From contig OZ059894.1 of NCBI GenBank assembly GCA_964057225.1, positions 23,250,001 through 23,314,000 of the forward strand: a stretch of DNA of 64,000 bases, written 5' to 3'. The DNA is from Auanema rhodensis. Its lineage: Eukaryota; Animalia; Nematoda. The notes under the pieces were generated by a model. That model was given only the letters and a program-made list of their open reading frames with translations. It made no database searches and had not been told where the DNA came from. A program made the translations under genes and the position numbers. Of this stretch, positions 28,001 to 42,700 are shown piece after piece; position 1 is the first letter of the stretch, and each line of letters begins with the position of its first letter.

Positions 28001-31000
28001 ATGTGCACTTGGTATGTAACTCGCTTCACGTGAAAGATAAAGAGATGCGGTTTTCGAAATTAGATTCCCCATGTCCATATTAGACTAAAAACAAATTTTT
28101 ATTGATATTGGTGCATGGTAACCATGACTTTGAAATTTACGTGAACTTTAATTTATGCTAATTAAATGTACACGTGATGTGCACTTGGTATGTAACTCGC
28201 TTCACGTGAAAGATAAAGAGATGCGGTTTTCAAAATTAGATTCCCCATGTCCATATTAGTCTAAAAACAAATTTTTATTGATATTGGTTCATGGTAACCA
28301 TGACTTTGAAACTTACGTGAACTTTAATTTATGCTAATTAAATGTACACGTGATGTGCACTTGGTATGTAACTCGCTTCACGTGAAAGATAAAGAGATGC
28401 GGTTTTCAAAATTAGATTCCCCATGTCCATATTAGTCTAAAAACAAATTTTTATTGATATTGGTTCATGGTAACCATGACTTTGAAATTTACGTGAACTT
28501 TAATTTATGCTAATTAAATGTACACGTGATGTGCACTTGGTATGTAACTCGCTTCACGTGAAAGATAAAGAGATGCGGTTTTCGAAATTAGATTCCCCAT
28601 GTCCATATTAGACTAAAAACAAATTTTTATTGATATTGGTTCATGGTAACCATGACTTTGAAATTTAAGTGAACTTTAATTTATGCTAATTAAATGTACA
28701 CGTGATGTGCACTTGGTATGTAACTCGCTTCACGTGAAAGATAAAGAGATGCGGTTTTCAAAATTAGATTCCCCATGTCCATATTAGTCTAAAAACAAAT
28801 TTTTATTGATATTGGTGCATGGTAACCATGACTTTGAAATTTACGTGAACTTTAATTTATGCTAATTAAATGTACACGTGATGTGCACTTGGTATGTAAC
28901 TCGCTTCACGTGAAAGATAAAGAGATGCGGTTTTCAAAATTAGATTCCCCATGTCCATATTAGTCTAAAAACAAATTTTTATTGATATTGGTTCATGGTA
29001 ACCATGACTTTGAAACTTACGTGAACTTTAATTTATGCTAATTAAATGTACACGTGATGTGCACTTGGTATGTAACTCGCTTCACGTGAAAGATAAAGAG
29101 ATGCGGTTTTCAAAATTAGATTCCCCATGTCCATATTAGTCTAAAAACAAATTTTTATTGATATTGGTTCATGGTAACCATGACTTTGAAATTTACGTGA
29201 ACTTTAATTTATGCTAATTAAATGTACACGTGATGTGCACTTGGTATGTAACTCGCTTCACGTGAAAGATAAAGAGATGCGGTTTTCGAAATTAGATTCC
29301 CCATGTCCATATTAGACTAAAAACAAATTTTTATTGATATTGGTTCATGGTAACCATGACTTTGAAATTTAAGTGAACTTTAATTTATGCTAATTAAATG
29401 TACACGTGATGTGCACTTGGTATGTAACTCGCTTCACGTGAAAGATAAAGAAATGCGGTTTTCATAATTAGATTCCCCATGTCCATATTAGTCTAAAAAC
29501 AAATTTTTATTGATATTGGTTCATGGTAACCATGACTTTGAAACTTACGTGAACTTTAATTTATGCTAATTAAATGTACACGTGATGTGCACTTGGTATG
29601 TAACTCGCCTCACTAGAAAGATAAAGAGATGCGGTTTTCAAAATTAGATTCCCCATGTCCATATTAGTCTAAAAACAAATTTTTATTGATATTGGTGCAT
29701 GGTAACCATGACTTTGAAATTTACGTGAACTTTAATTTATGCTAATTAAATGTACACGTGATGTGCACTTGGTATGTAACTCGCTTCACGTGAAAGATAA
29801 AGAGATGCGGTTTTCAAAATTAGATTCCCCATGTCCATATTAGTCTAAAAACAAATTGTTATTGATATTGGTTCATGGTAACCATGTCTGTGAAATTTAC
29901 GTGAACTTTAATTTATGCTAATTAAATGTACACGTGATGTGCACTTGGTATGTAACTCGCTTCACGTGAAAGATAAAGAGATGCGGTTTTCAAAATTAGA
30001 TTCTTCATGTCCATATTAGTCTAAAAACAAATTTTTATTGATATTGGTTCATGGTAACCATGACTTTGAAATTTACGTGAACTTTAATTTATGCTAATTA
30101 AATGTACACGTGATGTGCACTTGGTATGTAACTCGCTTCACGTGAAAGATAAAGAGATGCGGTTTTCAAAATTAGATTCCCCATGTCCATATTAGTCTAA
30201 AAACAAATTTTTATTGATATTGGTTCATGGTAACCATGACTTTGAAATTTACGTGAACTTTAATTTATGCTAATTAAATGTACACGTGATGTGCACTTGG
30301 TATGTAACTCGCTTCACGTGAAAGATAAAGAGATGCGGTTTTCGAAATTAGATTCCCCATGTCCATATTAGACTAAAAACAAATTTTTATTGATATTGGT
30401 TCATGGTAACCATGACTTTGAAATTTAAGTGAACTTTAATTTATGCTAATTAAATGTACACGTGATGTGCACTTGGTATGTAACTCGCTTCACGTGAAAG
30501 ATAAAGAGATGCGGTTTTCAAAATTAGATTCCCCATGTCCATATTAGTCTAAAAACAAATTTTTATTGATATTGGTGCATGGTAACCATGACTTTGAAAT
30601 TTACGTGAACTTTAATTTATGCTAATTAAATGTACACGTGATGTGCACTTGGAATGTAACTCGCTTCACGTGAAAGATAAAGAGATGCGGTTTTCAAAAT
30701 TAGATTCCCCATGTCCATATTAGTCTAAAAACAAATTTTTATTGATATTGGTTCATGGTAACCATGACTTTGAAACTTACGTGAACTTTAATTTATGCTA
30801 ATTAAATGTACACGTGATGTGCACTTGGTATGTAACTCGCTTCACGTGAAAGATAAAGAGATGCGGTTTTCAAAATTAGATTCCCCATGTCCATATTAGT
30901 CTAAAAACAAATTTTTATTGATATTGGTTCATGGTAACCATGACTTTGAAATTTACGTGAACTTTAATTTATGCTAATTAAATGTACACGTGATGTGCAC

Positions 31001-32380
31001 TTGGTATGTAACTCTCTTCACGTGAAAGATAAAGAGATGCGGTTTTCGAAATTAGATTTCCCATGTCCATATTAGACTAAAAACAAATTTTTATTGATTG
31101 GTTCATGGTAACCATGACTTTGAAACTTACGTGAACTTTGATTTATGCTAATTAAATGTACACGTGATGTGCACTTGGTATGTAACTCGCCTCACTAGAA
31201 AGATAAAGAGATGCGGTTTTCAAAATTAGATTCCCCATGTCCATATTAGTCTAAAAACAAATTTTTATTGATATTGGTGCATGGTAACCATGACTTTGAA
31301 ATTTACGTGAACTTTAATTTATGCTAATTAAATTAACACGTGATGTGCACTTGGTATGTAACTCGCTTCACGTGAAAGATAAAGAGATGCGGTTTTCAAA
31401 ATTAGATTTCCCATGTCCATATTAGTCTAAAAACAAATTTTCATTGATATTGGTTCATGGTAACCATGACTTTGAAATTTACGTGAACTTTAATTTATGC
31501 TAATTAAATGTACACGTGATGTGCACTTGGTATGTAACTCGCTTCACGTGAAAGATAAAGAGATGCAGTTTTCAAAATTAGATTCCCCATGTCCATATTA
31601 GTCTAAAAACAAATTTTTATTGATATTGGTTCATGGTAACCATGTCTGTGAAATTTACGTGAACTTTAATTTATGCTAATTAAATGTACACGTGATGTGC
31701 ACTTGGTGTGTAACTCGCTTCACGTGAAAGATAAAGAGATGCGGTTTTCAAAATTAGATTCCCCATGTCCATATTAGTCTAAAAACAAATTTTTATTGAT
31801 ATTGGTGCATGGTAACCATGACTTTGAAATTTACGTGAACTTTAATTTATGCTAATTAAATGTACACGTGATGTGCACTTGGTATGTAACTCGCTTTACG
31901 TGAAAGATAAAGAGATGCGGTTTTCAAAATTAGATTTCCCATGTCCATATTAGTCTAAAAACAAATTTTTATTGATATTGGTTCATGGTAACCATGACTT
32001 TGAAATTTACGTGAACTTTAATTTATGCTAATTAAATGTACACGTGATGTGCACTTGGTATGTAACTCGCTTCACGTGAAAGATAAAGAGATGCGGTTTT
32101 CAAAATTAGATTCCCCATGTCCATATTAGTCTAAAAACAAATTTTTATTGATATTGGTTCATGGTAACCATGACTTTGAAACTTACGTGAACTTTAATTT
32201 ATGCTAATTAAATGTACACGTGATGTGCACTTGGTATGTAACTCGCTTCACGTGAAAGATAAAGAGATGCGGTTTTCAAAATTAGATTCCCCATGTCCAT
32301 ATTAGTCTAAAAACAAATTTTTATTGATATTGGTGCATGGTAACCATGACTTTGAAATTTACGTGAACTTTAATTTATGC

Positions 32381-32568
32381 TAATTAAATGTACACGTGAT
32401 GTGCACTTGGTATGTAACTCGCTTCAGGTGAAAGAATTTGAAATTTTTTGAAAAAATTTTTGTCAAAATGTTTTTGGAAGCAATGTTGAGTGTACATGGA
32501 AACAAATTTTAATGATATTGGTGCATGGTAACCATGTCTTTGAAATTTACGTGAATTTTAATTTATGC
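32381..32568. repeat. Aberrant 188-bp monomer with a 64-bp non-consensus segment (32436-32499)
   Basis: Follows consensus to position 55 (AAAGA), then reads ATTTGAAATTTTTTGAAAAAATTTTTGTCAAAATGTTTTTGGAAGCAATGTTGAGTGTACATGG, then rejoins at AAACAAATTTT (consensus position 107). Confidence 0.95.
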
Positions 32569-35500
32569 TAATTAAATGTACATGTGATGTGCACTTGGTA
32601 TGTAACTCGCTTCACGTGAAAGATAAAGAGATGCGGTTTTCAAAATTAGATTCCTCATGTCCATATTAGTCTAAAACAAATTTTTATTGATATTGGTTCA
32701 TGGTAACCATGACTTTGAAATTTACGTGAACTTTAATTTATGCTAATTAAATGTACACGTGATGTGCACTTGGTATGTAACTCGCTTCACGTGAAAGATA
32801 AAGAGATGCGGTTTTCAGAATTAGATTCCCCATGTCCATATTAGTCTAAAAACAAATTTTTATTGATATTGGTGCATGGTAACCATGACTTTGAAATTTA
32901 CGTGAACTTTAATTTATGCTAATTAAATGTACACGTGATGTGCATTTGGTATGTAACTCGCTTCACGTGAAAGATAAAATGATGCGGTTTTCAAAATTAG
33001 ATTCTTCATGTCCATATTAGTCTAAAAACAAATTTTTATTGATATTGGTTCATGGTAACCATGACTTTGAAATTTACATGAACTTTAATTTATGCTAATT
33101 AAATGTACACGTGATGTGCACTTGGTATGTAACTCGCTTCACGTGAAAGATAAAGAGATGCGGTTCTCAAAATTAGATTCCCCATTTCCATATTAGTCTA
33201 AAAACAAATTTTTATTGATATTGGTTCATGGTAACCATGACTTTCAAATTTACGTGAACTTTAATTTATGCTAATTAAATGTACACGTGAAGTGCACTTG
33301 GTATGTAACTCGCTTCACGTGAAAGATAAAGAGATGCGGTTTTCAAAATTAGATTCCCCATGTTCATATTAGTCTAAAAACAAATTTTTATTGATATTGG
33401 TTCATGGTAACCATGACTTTGAAATTTACGTGAACTTTAATTTATGCTAACTAAATGTACACGTGATGTGCACTTGGTATGTAACTCGCTTCACGTGAAA
33501 GATAAAGAGATGCGGTTTTCAAAATTAGATTCCCCATGTCCATATTAGTCTAAAAACAAATTTTTATTGATATTGGTTCATGGTAACCATAACTTTGAAA
33601 TTTACGTGAACTTTAATTTATGCTAATTAAATGTACACGTGATGTGCACTTGGTATGTAACTCGCTTCACGTGAAAGATAAAGAGATGCGGTTTTCAAAA
33701 TTAGATTCCCCATGTCCATATTAGTCTAAAAACAAATTTTTATTGATATTGGTTCATGGTAACCATGACTTTCAAATTTACGTGAACTTTAATTTATGCT
33801 AATTAAATGTAAACGTGATGTGCACTTGGTATGTAACTGGCTTCACGTGAAAGATAAAATGATGCGGTTTTCAAAATTAGATTCCCCATGTCCAGATTAG
33901 TCTAAAAACAGGTTTTTATTGATATTGGTTCATGGTAACCATGACTTTGAAATTTACGTGAACTTTAATTTATGCTAATTAAATGTACACGTGATGTGCA
34001 CTTGGTATGTAACTCGCTTCACGTGAAAGATAAAGAGTTGCGGTTTCCAAAATTAGATTCCCCATGTCCATATTAGTCTAAAAACAGATTTTTATTGATA
34101 TTGGTTCATGGTAACCATGACTTTGAAATTTACGTGAACTTTAATTTATGCTAATTAAATGTACACGTGATGTGCACTTGGTATGTAACTCGCTTCACGT
34201 GAAAGATAAAGAGATGCGGTTTTCAAAATTAGATTCCCCATGTCCATATTAGTCTAAAAACAGATTTTTATTGATATTGGTTTATGGTAACCATGTCTTT
34301 GAAATTTACGTGATCTTTAATTTATGCTAATTAAATGTACACGTGATGTGCACTTGGTATGTAACTCGCTTCACGTGAAAGATAAAATGATGCGGTTTTC
34401 AAAATTAGATTCTTCATGTCCATATTAGTCTAAAAACAAATTTTTATTGATATTGGTTCATGGTAACCATGACTTTGAAATTTACGTGAACTTTAATTTA
34501 TGCTAATTAAATGTACACGTGATGTGCACTTGGTATGTAACTCGCTTCACGTGAAAGATAAAGAGATGCCGTTTTCAAAATTAGATTCCCCATTTCCATA
34601 TTAGTCTAAAAACAAATTTTTATTGATATTGGTTCATGGTAACCATGACTTTGAAATTTACGTGAACTTTAATTTATGCTAATTAAATGTACACGTGATG
34701 TGCACTTGGTATGTAACTCGCTTCACGTGAAAGATAAGGAGATGCGGTTTTCAAAATTAGATTCCCCATGTCCATATTAGTCTAAAAACAGATTTTTATT
34801 GATATTGGTTTATGGTAACCATGTCTTTGAAATTTACGTGAACTTTAATTTATGCTAATTAAATGTACACGTGATGTGCACTTGGTATGTAACTCGCTTC
34901 ACGTGAAAGATAAAATGATGCGGTTTTCAAAATTAGATTCTTCATGTCCATATTAGTCTAAAAACAAATTTTTATTGATATTGGTTCATGGTAACCATGA
35001 CTTTGAAATTTACGTGAACTTTAATTTATGCTAATTAAATGTACACGTGATGTGCACTTGGTATGTAACTCGCTTCACGTGAAAGATTAAGAGATGCGGT
35101 TTTCAAAATTAGATTCCCCATGTCCATATTAGTCTAAAAACAAATTTTTATTGATATTGGTTCATGGTAACCATGACTTTGAAATTTACGTGAACTTTAA
35201 TTTATGCTAATTAAATGTACACGTGATGTGCACTTGGTATGTAACTCGCTTCACGTGAAAGATAAGGAGATGCGGTTTTCAAAATTAGATTCCCCATGTC
35301 CATATTAGTCTAAAAACAGATTTTTATTGATATTGGTTCATGGTAACCATGTCTTTGAAATTTACGTGAACTTTAATTTATGCTAATTAAATGTACACGT
35401 GATGTGCACTTGGTATGTAACTCGCTTCACGTGAAAGATAAAGAGATGCCGTTTTCAAAATTAGATTCCCCATGTCCATATTAGTCTAAAAACAAATTTT

Positions 35501-36439
35501 TATTGATATTGGTGCATGGTAACCATGACTTTGAAATTTACGTGAACTTTAATTTATGCTAATTAAATGTACACGTGATGTGCACTTGGTATGTAACTCG
35601 CTTCACGTGAAAGATAAAGAGATGCGGTTTTCAAAATTAGATTCCCCATGTCCATATTAGTTTAAAAACAAATTTTTATTGATATTGGTTCATGGTAACC
35701 ATGTCTTTGAAATTTACGTGAACTTTAATTTATGCTAATTAAATGTACACGTGATGTGCACTTGGTATGTAACTCGCTTCACGTGAAAGATAAAGAGATG
35801 CGGTTTTCAAAATTAGATTCCCCATGTCCATATTAGTCTAAAAACAGATTTTTATTGATATTGGTTCATGGTAACCATGACTTTGAAATTTACGTGAACT
35901 TTAATTTATGCTAATTAAATGTACACGTGATGTGCACTTGGTATGTAACTCGCTTCACGTGAAAGATAAAGAGATGCGGTTTTCAAAATTAGATTCCCCT
36001 TGTCCATATTAGGCTAAAAACAGATTTTTATTGATATTGGTTCATGGTAACCATGACTTTGAAATTTACTTGAACTTTAATTTATGCTAATTAAATGTAC
36101 ACGTGATGTGCACTTGGTATGTAACTCGCTTCACGTGAAAGATAAAGAGATGCGGTTTCCAAAATTAGATTCCCCATGTCCATATTAGTCTAAAAACAGA
36201 TTTTTATTGATATTGGTTCATGGTAACCATGACTTTGAAATTTACGTGAACTTTAATTTATGCTAATTAAATGTACACGTGATGTGCACTTGGTATGTAA
36301 CTCGCTTCACGTGAAAGGTAAAGAGATGCGGTTTTCAAAATTAGATTCCCCATGTCCATATTAGTCTAAAAACAGATTTTTATTGATATTGGTTCATGGT
36401 AACCATGACTTTGAAATTTACGTGAACTTTAATTTATGC

Positions 36440-38550
36440 TAATTAAATGTACACGTGATGTGCACTTGGTATGTAACTCGCTTCACGTGAAAGGTAAAGA
36501 GATGCGGTTTTCAAAATTAGATTCCCCATGTCCATATTAGTCTAAAAACAGATTTTTATTGATATTGGTTCATGGTAACCATGACTTTGAAATTTACGTG
36601 AACTTTAATTTATGCTAATTAAATGTACACGTGATGTGCACTTGGTATGTAACTCGCTTCACGTGAAAGATAAAGAGATGCGGTTTTCAAAATTAGATTC
36701 CCCATGTCCATATTAGTCTAAAAACAGATTTTTATTGATATTGGTTCATGGTAACCATGACTTTGAAATTTACGTGAACTTTAATTTATGCTAATTAAAT
36801 GTACACGTGATGTGCACTTGGTATGTAACTCGCTTCACGTGAAAGATAAAGAGATGCGGTTTTCAAAATTAGATTCCCCTTGTCCATATTAGTCTTAAAA
36901 CAGATTTTTATTGATATTGGTTCATGGTAACCATGACTTTGAAATTTACGTGAACTTTAATTTATGCTAATTAAATGTACACGTGATGTGCACTTGGTAT
37001 GTAATTCGCTTCACGTGAAAGATAAAGAGATGCGGTTTCCAAAATTAGATTCCCCATGTCCATATTAGTCTAAAAACAGATTTTTATTGATATTGGTTCA
37101 TGGTAACCATGACTTTGAAATTTACGTGAACTTTAATTTATGCTAATTAAATGTACACGTGATGTGCACTTGGTATGTAACTCGCTTCACGTGAAAGATA
37201 AAGAGATGCGGTTTCCAAAATTAGATTCCCCATTTCCATATTAGTCTAAAAACAAATTTTTATTGATATTGGTTCATGGTAACCATGACTTTCAAATTTA
37301 CGTGAACTTTAATTTATGCTAATTAAATGTACACGTGGAGTGCACTTGGTATGTAACTCGCTTCACGTGAAAGATAAAGAGATGCGGTTTTCAAAATTAG
37401 ATTCCCCATGTCCATATTAGTCTAAAAACAAATTTTTATTGATATTGGTTCATGGTAACCATGACTTTGAAATTTACGTGAACTTTAATTTATGCTAATT
37501 AAATGTACACGTGATGTGCACTTGGTATGTAACTCGCTTCACGTGAAAGGTAAAGAGATGCGGTTTTCAAAATTAGATTCCCCATGTCCATATTAGTCGA
37601 AAAACAGATTTTTATTGATATTGGTTCATGGTAACCATGACTTTGAAATTTACGTGAACTTTAATTTATGCTAATTAAATGTACACGTGATGTGCACTTG
37701 GTATGTAACTCGCTTCACGTGAAAGATAAAGAGATGCGGTTTTCAAAATTAGATTCCCCATGTCCATATTAGTCTAAAAACAGATTTTTATTGATATTGG
37801 TTCATGGTAACCATGACTTTGAAATTTACGTGAACTTTAATTTATGCTAATTAAATGTACACGTGATGTGCACTTGGTATGTAACTCGCTTCACGTGAAA
37901 GATAAAGAGATGCGGTTTTCAAAATTAGATTCCCCTTGTCCATATTAGTCTTAAAACAGATTTTTATTGATATTGGTTCATGGTAACCATGACTTTGAAA
38001 TTTACGTGAACTTTAATTTATGCTAATTAAATGTACACGTGATGTGCACTTGGTATGTAATTCGCTTCACGTGAAAGATAAAGAGATGCGGTTTCCAAAA
38101 TTAGATTCCCCATGTCCATATTAGTCTAAAAACAGATTTTTATTGATATTGGTTCATGGTAACCATGACTTTGAAATTTACGTGAACTTTAATTTATGCT
38201 AATTAAATGTACACGTGATGTGCACTTGGTATGTAACTCGCTTCACGTGAAAGATAAAGAGATGCGGTTTCCAAAATTAGATTCCCCATTTCCATATTAG
38301 TCTAAAAACAAATTTTTATTGATATTGGTTCATGGTAACCATGACTTTCAAATTTACGTGAACTTTAATTTATGCTAATTAAATGTACACGTGGAGTGCA
38401 CTTGGTATGTAACTCGCTTCACGTGAAAGATAAAGAGATGCGGTTTTCAAAATTAGATTCCCCATGTCCATATTAGTCTAAAAACAAATTTTTATTGATA
38501 TTGGTTCATGGTAACCATGACTTTGAAATTTACATGAACTTTAATTTATG
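36440..38550. repeat. Tandem duplication of a 6-monomer block (period 1056 bp)
   Basis: GTGGAGTGCAC at 37335 and 38391. The CCCCTTG...GTCTTAAAA and GTAATTCGC markers repeat at the same offset. Confidence 0.8.
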
Positions 38551-39782
38551 CTAATTAAATGTACACGTGATGTGCACTTGGTATGTAACTCGCTTCACGT
38601 GAAAGATAAAGAGATGCGGTTTTCAAAATTAGATTCCCCATTTCCATATTAGTCTAAAAACAAATTTTTGATGATATTGGTTCATGGTAACCATGACTTT
38701 CAAATTTACGTGAACTTTAATTTATGCTAATTAAATGTACACGTGATGTGCACTTGGTATGTAACTCGCTTCACGTGAAAGATAAAATGATGCGGTTTTC
38801 AAAATTAGATTCCCCATGTCCATATTAGTCTAAAAACAAATTTTTATTGATATTGGTTCATGGTAACCATGACTTTGAAATTTACGTGAACTTTAATTTA
38901 TGCTAATTAAATGTACACGTGATGTGCACTTGGTATGTAACTCGCTTCACGTGAAAGATAAAATGATGCGGTTTTCAAAATTAGATTCTTCATGTCCATA
39001 TTAGTCTAAAAACAGATTTTTATTGATATTGGTTTATGGTAACCATGTCTTTGAAATTTACGTGAACTTTAATTTATGCTAATTAAATGTACACGTGATG
39101 TGCACTTGGTATGTAACTCGCTTCACGTGAAAGATAAAATGATGCGGTTTTCAAAATTAGATTCTTCATGTCCATATTAGTCTAAAAACAAATTTTTATT
39201 GATATTGGTTCATGGTAACCATGACTTTGAAATTTACGTGAACTTTAATTTATGCTAATTAAATGTACACGTGATGTGCACTTGGTATGTAACTCGCTTC
39301 ACGTGAAAGATTAAGAGATGCGGTTTTCAAAATTAGATTCCCCATGTCCATATTAGTCTAAAAACAAATTTTTATTGATATTGGTTCATGGTAACCATGA
39401 CTTTGAAATTTACGTGAACTTTAATTTATGCTAATTAAATGTACACGTGATGTGCACTTGGTATGTAACTCGCTTCACGTGAAAGATAAAGAGATGCGGT
39501 TTTCAAAATTAGATTCCCCATGTCCATATTAGTCTAAAAACAAATTTTTATTGATATTGGTGCATGGTAACCATGACTTTGAAATTTACGTGAACTTTAA
39601 TTTATGCTAATTAAATGTACACGTGATGTGCACTTGGTATGTAACTCGCTTCACGTGAAAGATAAAGAGATGCGGTTTCCAAAATTAGATTCCCCATGTC
39701 CATATTATTCTAAAAACAGATTTTTTTGATATTGGTTCATGGTAACCATGACTTTGAAATTTACGTGAACTTTAATTTATGC

Positions 39783-42700
39783 TAATTAAATGTACACGTG
39801 ATGTGCACTTGGTATGTAACTCGCTTCACGTGAAAGATAAAGAGATGCGGTTTTCAAAATTAGATTCCCCATGTCCATATTAGTCTAAAAACAGATTTTT
39901 ATTGATATTGGTTTATGGTAACCATGTCTTTGAAATTTACGTGAACTTTAATTTATGCTAATTAAATGTACACGTGATGTGCACTTGGTATGTAACTCGC
40001 TTCACGTGAAAGATAAAATGATGCGGTTTTCAAAATTAGATTCTTCATGTCCATATTAGTCTAAAAACATATTTTTATTGATATTGGTTCATGGTAACCA
40101 TGACTTTGAAATTTACGTGAACTTTAATTTATGCTAATTAAATGTACACGTGATGTGCACTTGGTATGTAACTCGCTTCACGTGAAAGATAAAGAGATGC
40201 GGTTTTCAAAATTAGATTCCCCATGTCCATATTAGTCTAAAAACAAATTTTTATTGATATTGGTTCATGGTAACCATGACTTTGAAATTTACGTGAACTT
40301 TAATTTATGCTAATTAAATGTACACGTGATGTGCACTTGGTATGTAACTCGCTTCACGTGAAAGATAAGGAGATGCGGTTTTCAAAATTAGATTCCCCAT
40401 GTCCATATTAGTCTAAAAACAGATTTTTATTGATATTGGTTTATGGTAACCATGTCTTTGAAATTTACGTTAACTTTAATTTATGCTAATTAAATGTACA
40501 CGTGATGTGCACTTGGTATGTAACTCGCTTCACGTGAAAGATAAAATGATGCGGTTTTCAAAATTAGATTCTTCATGTCCATATTAGTCTAAAAACAAAT
40601 TTTTATTGATATTGGTTCATGGTAACCATGACTTTGAAATTTACGTGAACTTTAATTTATGCTAATTAAATGTACACGTGATGTGCACTTGGTATGTAAC
40701 TCGCTTCACGTGAAAGATAAGGAGATGCGGTTTTCAAAATTAGATTCCCCATGTCCATATTAGTCTAAAAACAGATTTTTATTGATATTGGTTTATGGTA
40801 ACCATGTCTTTGAAATTTACGTTAACTTAAATTTATGCTAATTAAATGTACACGTGATGTGCACTTGGTATGTAACTGGCTTCACGTGAAAGATAAAATG
40901 ATGCGGTTTTCAAAATTAGATTCTTCATGTCCATATTAGTCTAAAAACAAATTTTTATTGATATTGGTTCATGGTAACCATGACTTTGAAATTTAAGTGA
41001 ACTTTAATTTATGCTAATTAAATGTACACGTGATGTGCACTTGGTATGTAACTCGCTTCACGTGAAAGATAAAGAGATGCGGTTTTCAAAATTAGATTCC
41101 CCATGTCCATATTAGTCTAAAAACAAATTTTTATTGATATTGGTTCATGGTAACCATGACTTTGAAACTTACGTGAACTCTAATTTATGCTAATTAAATG
41201 TACACGTGATGTGCACTTGGTATGTAACTCGCTTCACGTGAAAAATAAAGAGATGCGGTTTTCAAAATTAGATTCCCCATGTCCATATTAGTCTAAAAAC
41301 AAATTTTTATTGATATTGGTTCATTGTAACCATGTCTTTGAAATTTACGTGAACTTTAATTTATGCTAATTAAATGTACACGTGATGTGCACTTGGTATG
41401 TAACTCGCTTCACGTGAAAGATAAAGAGATGCGGTTTTCAAAATTAGATTCCCCATGTCCATATTAGTCTAAAAACAAATTTTTATTGATATTGGTGCAT
41501 GGTAACCATGACTTTGAAATTTACGTGAACTTTAATTTATGCTAATTAAATGTACACGTGATGTGCACTTGATATGTAACTCGCTTCACGTGAAAGATAA
41601 AATGATGCGGTTTTCAAAATTAGATTCTTCATGTCCATATTAGTCTAAAAACAAATTTTTATTGATATTGGTTCATGGTAACCATGACTTTGAAATTTAC
41701 GTGAACTTTAATTTATGCTAATTAAATGTACACGTGATGTGCACTTGGTATGTAACTCGCTTCACGTGAAAGATAAAGAGATGCGGTTTTCAAAATTAGA
41801 TTCCCCATGTCCATATTAGTCTAAAAACAGATTTTTATTGATATTGGTTTATGGTAACCATGTCTTTGAAATTTACGTGAACTTTAATTTATGCTAATTA
41901 AATGTACACGTGATGTGCACTTGGTATGTAACTCGCTTCACGTGAAAGATAAAATGATGCGGTTTTCAAAATTAGATTCTTCATGTCCATATTAGTCTAA
42001 AAACATATTTTTATTGATATTGGTTCATGGTAACCATGACTTTGAAATTTACGTGAACTTTAATTTATGCTAATTAAATGTACACGTGATGTGCACTTGG
42101 TATGTAACTCGCTTCACGTGAAAGATAAAGAGATGCGGTTTTCAAAATTAGATTCCCCATGTCCATATTAGTCTAAAAACAAATTTTTATTGATATTGGT
42201 TCATGGTAACCATGACTTTGAAATTTACGTGAACTTTAATTTATGCTAATTAAATGTACACGTGATGTGCACTTGGTATGTAACTCGCTTCACGTGAAAG
42301 ATAAGGAGATGCGGTTTTCAAAATTAGATTCCCCATGTCCATATTAGTCTAAAAACAGATTTTTATTGATATTGGTTTATGGTAACCATGTCTTTGAAAT
42401 TTACGTTAACTTTAATTTATGCTAATTAAATGTACACGTGATGTGCACTTGGTATGTAACTCGCTTCACGTGAAAGATAAAATGATGCGGTTTTCAAAAT
42501 TAGATTCTTCATGTCCATATTAGTCTAAAAACAAATTTTTATTGATATTGGTTCATGGTAACCATGACTTTGAAATTTACGTGAACTTTAATTTATGCTA
42601 ATTAAATGTACACGTGATGTGCACTTGGTATGTAACTCGCTTCACGTGAAAGATAAGGAGATGCGGTTTTCAAAATTAGATTCCCCATGTCCATATTAGT

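Larger units (their letters stand above)
1..32380. repeat. Satellite sub-domain A1 (184 monomers)
   Basis: Recurrent linked variants: GCCTCACTAG, TTTTCGAAAT...GACTAAAA, AAATGCGGTTTTCATAAT, AAATTAACACG...CAACATT, CACTTGAAAG, AAATTTAAGTG, AAACTTACGTG, CATGTCTGTG. Confidence 0.85.

Noticed and set aside
32436-32499. Transposon or MITE insertion
   Set aside because: It replaces consensus sequence rather than inserting into it, and has no terminal inverted repeats, target-site duplication or poly(A) tail.
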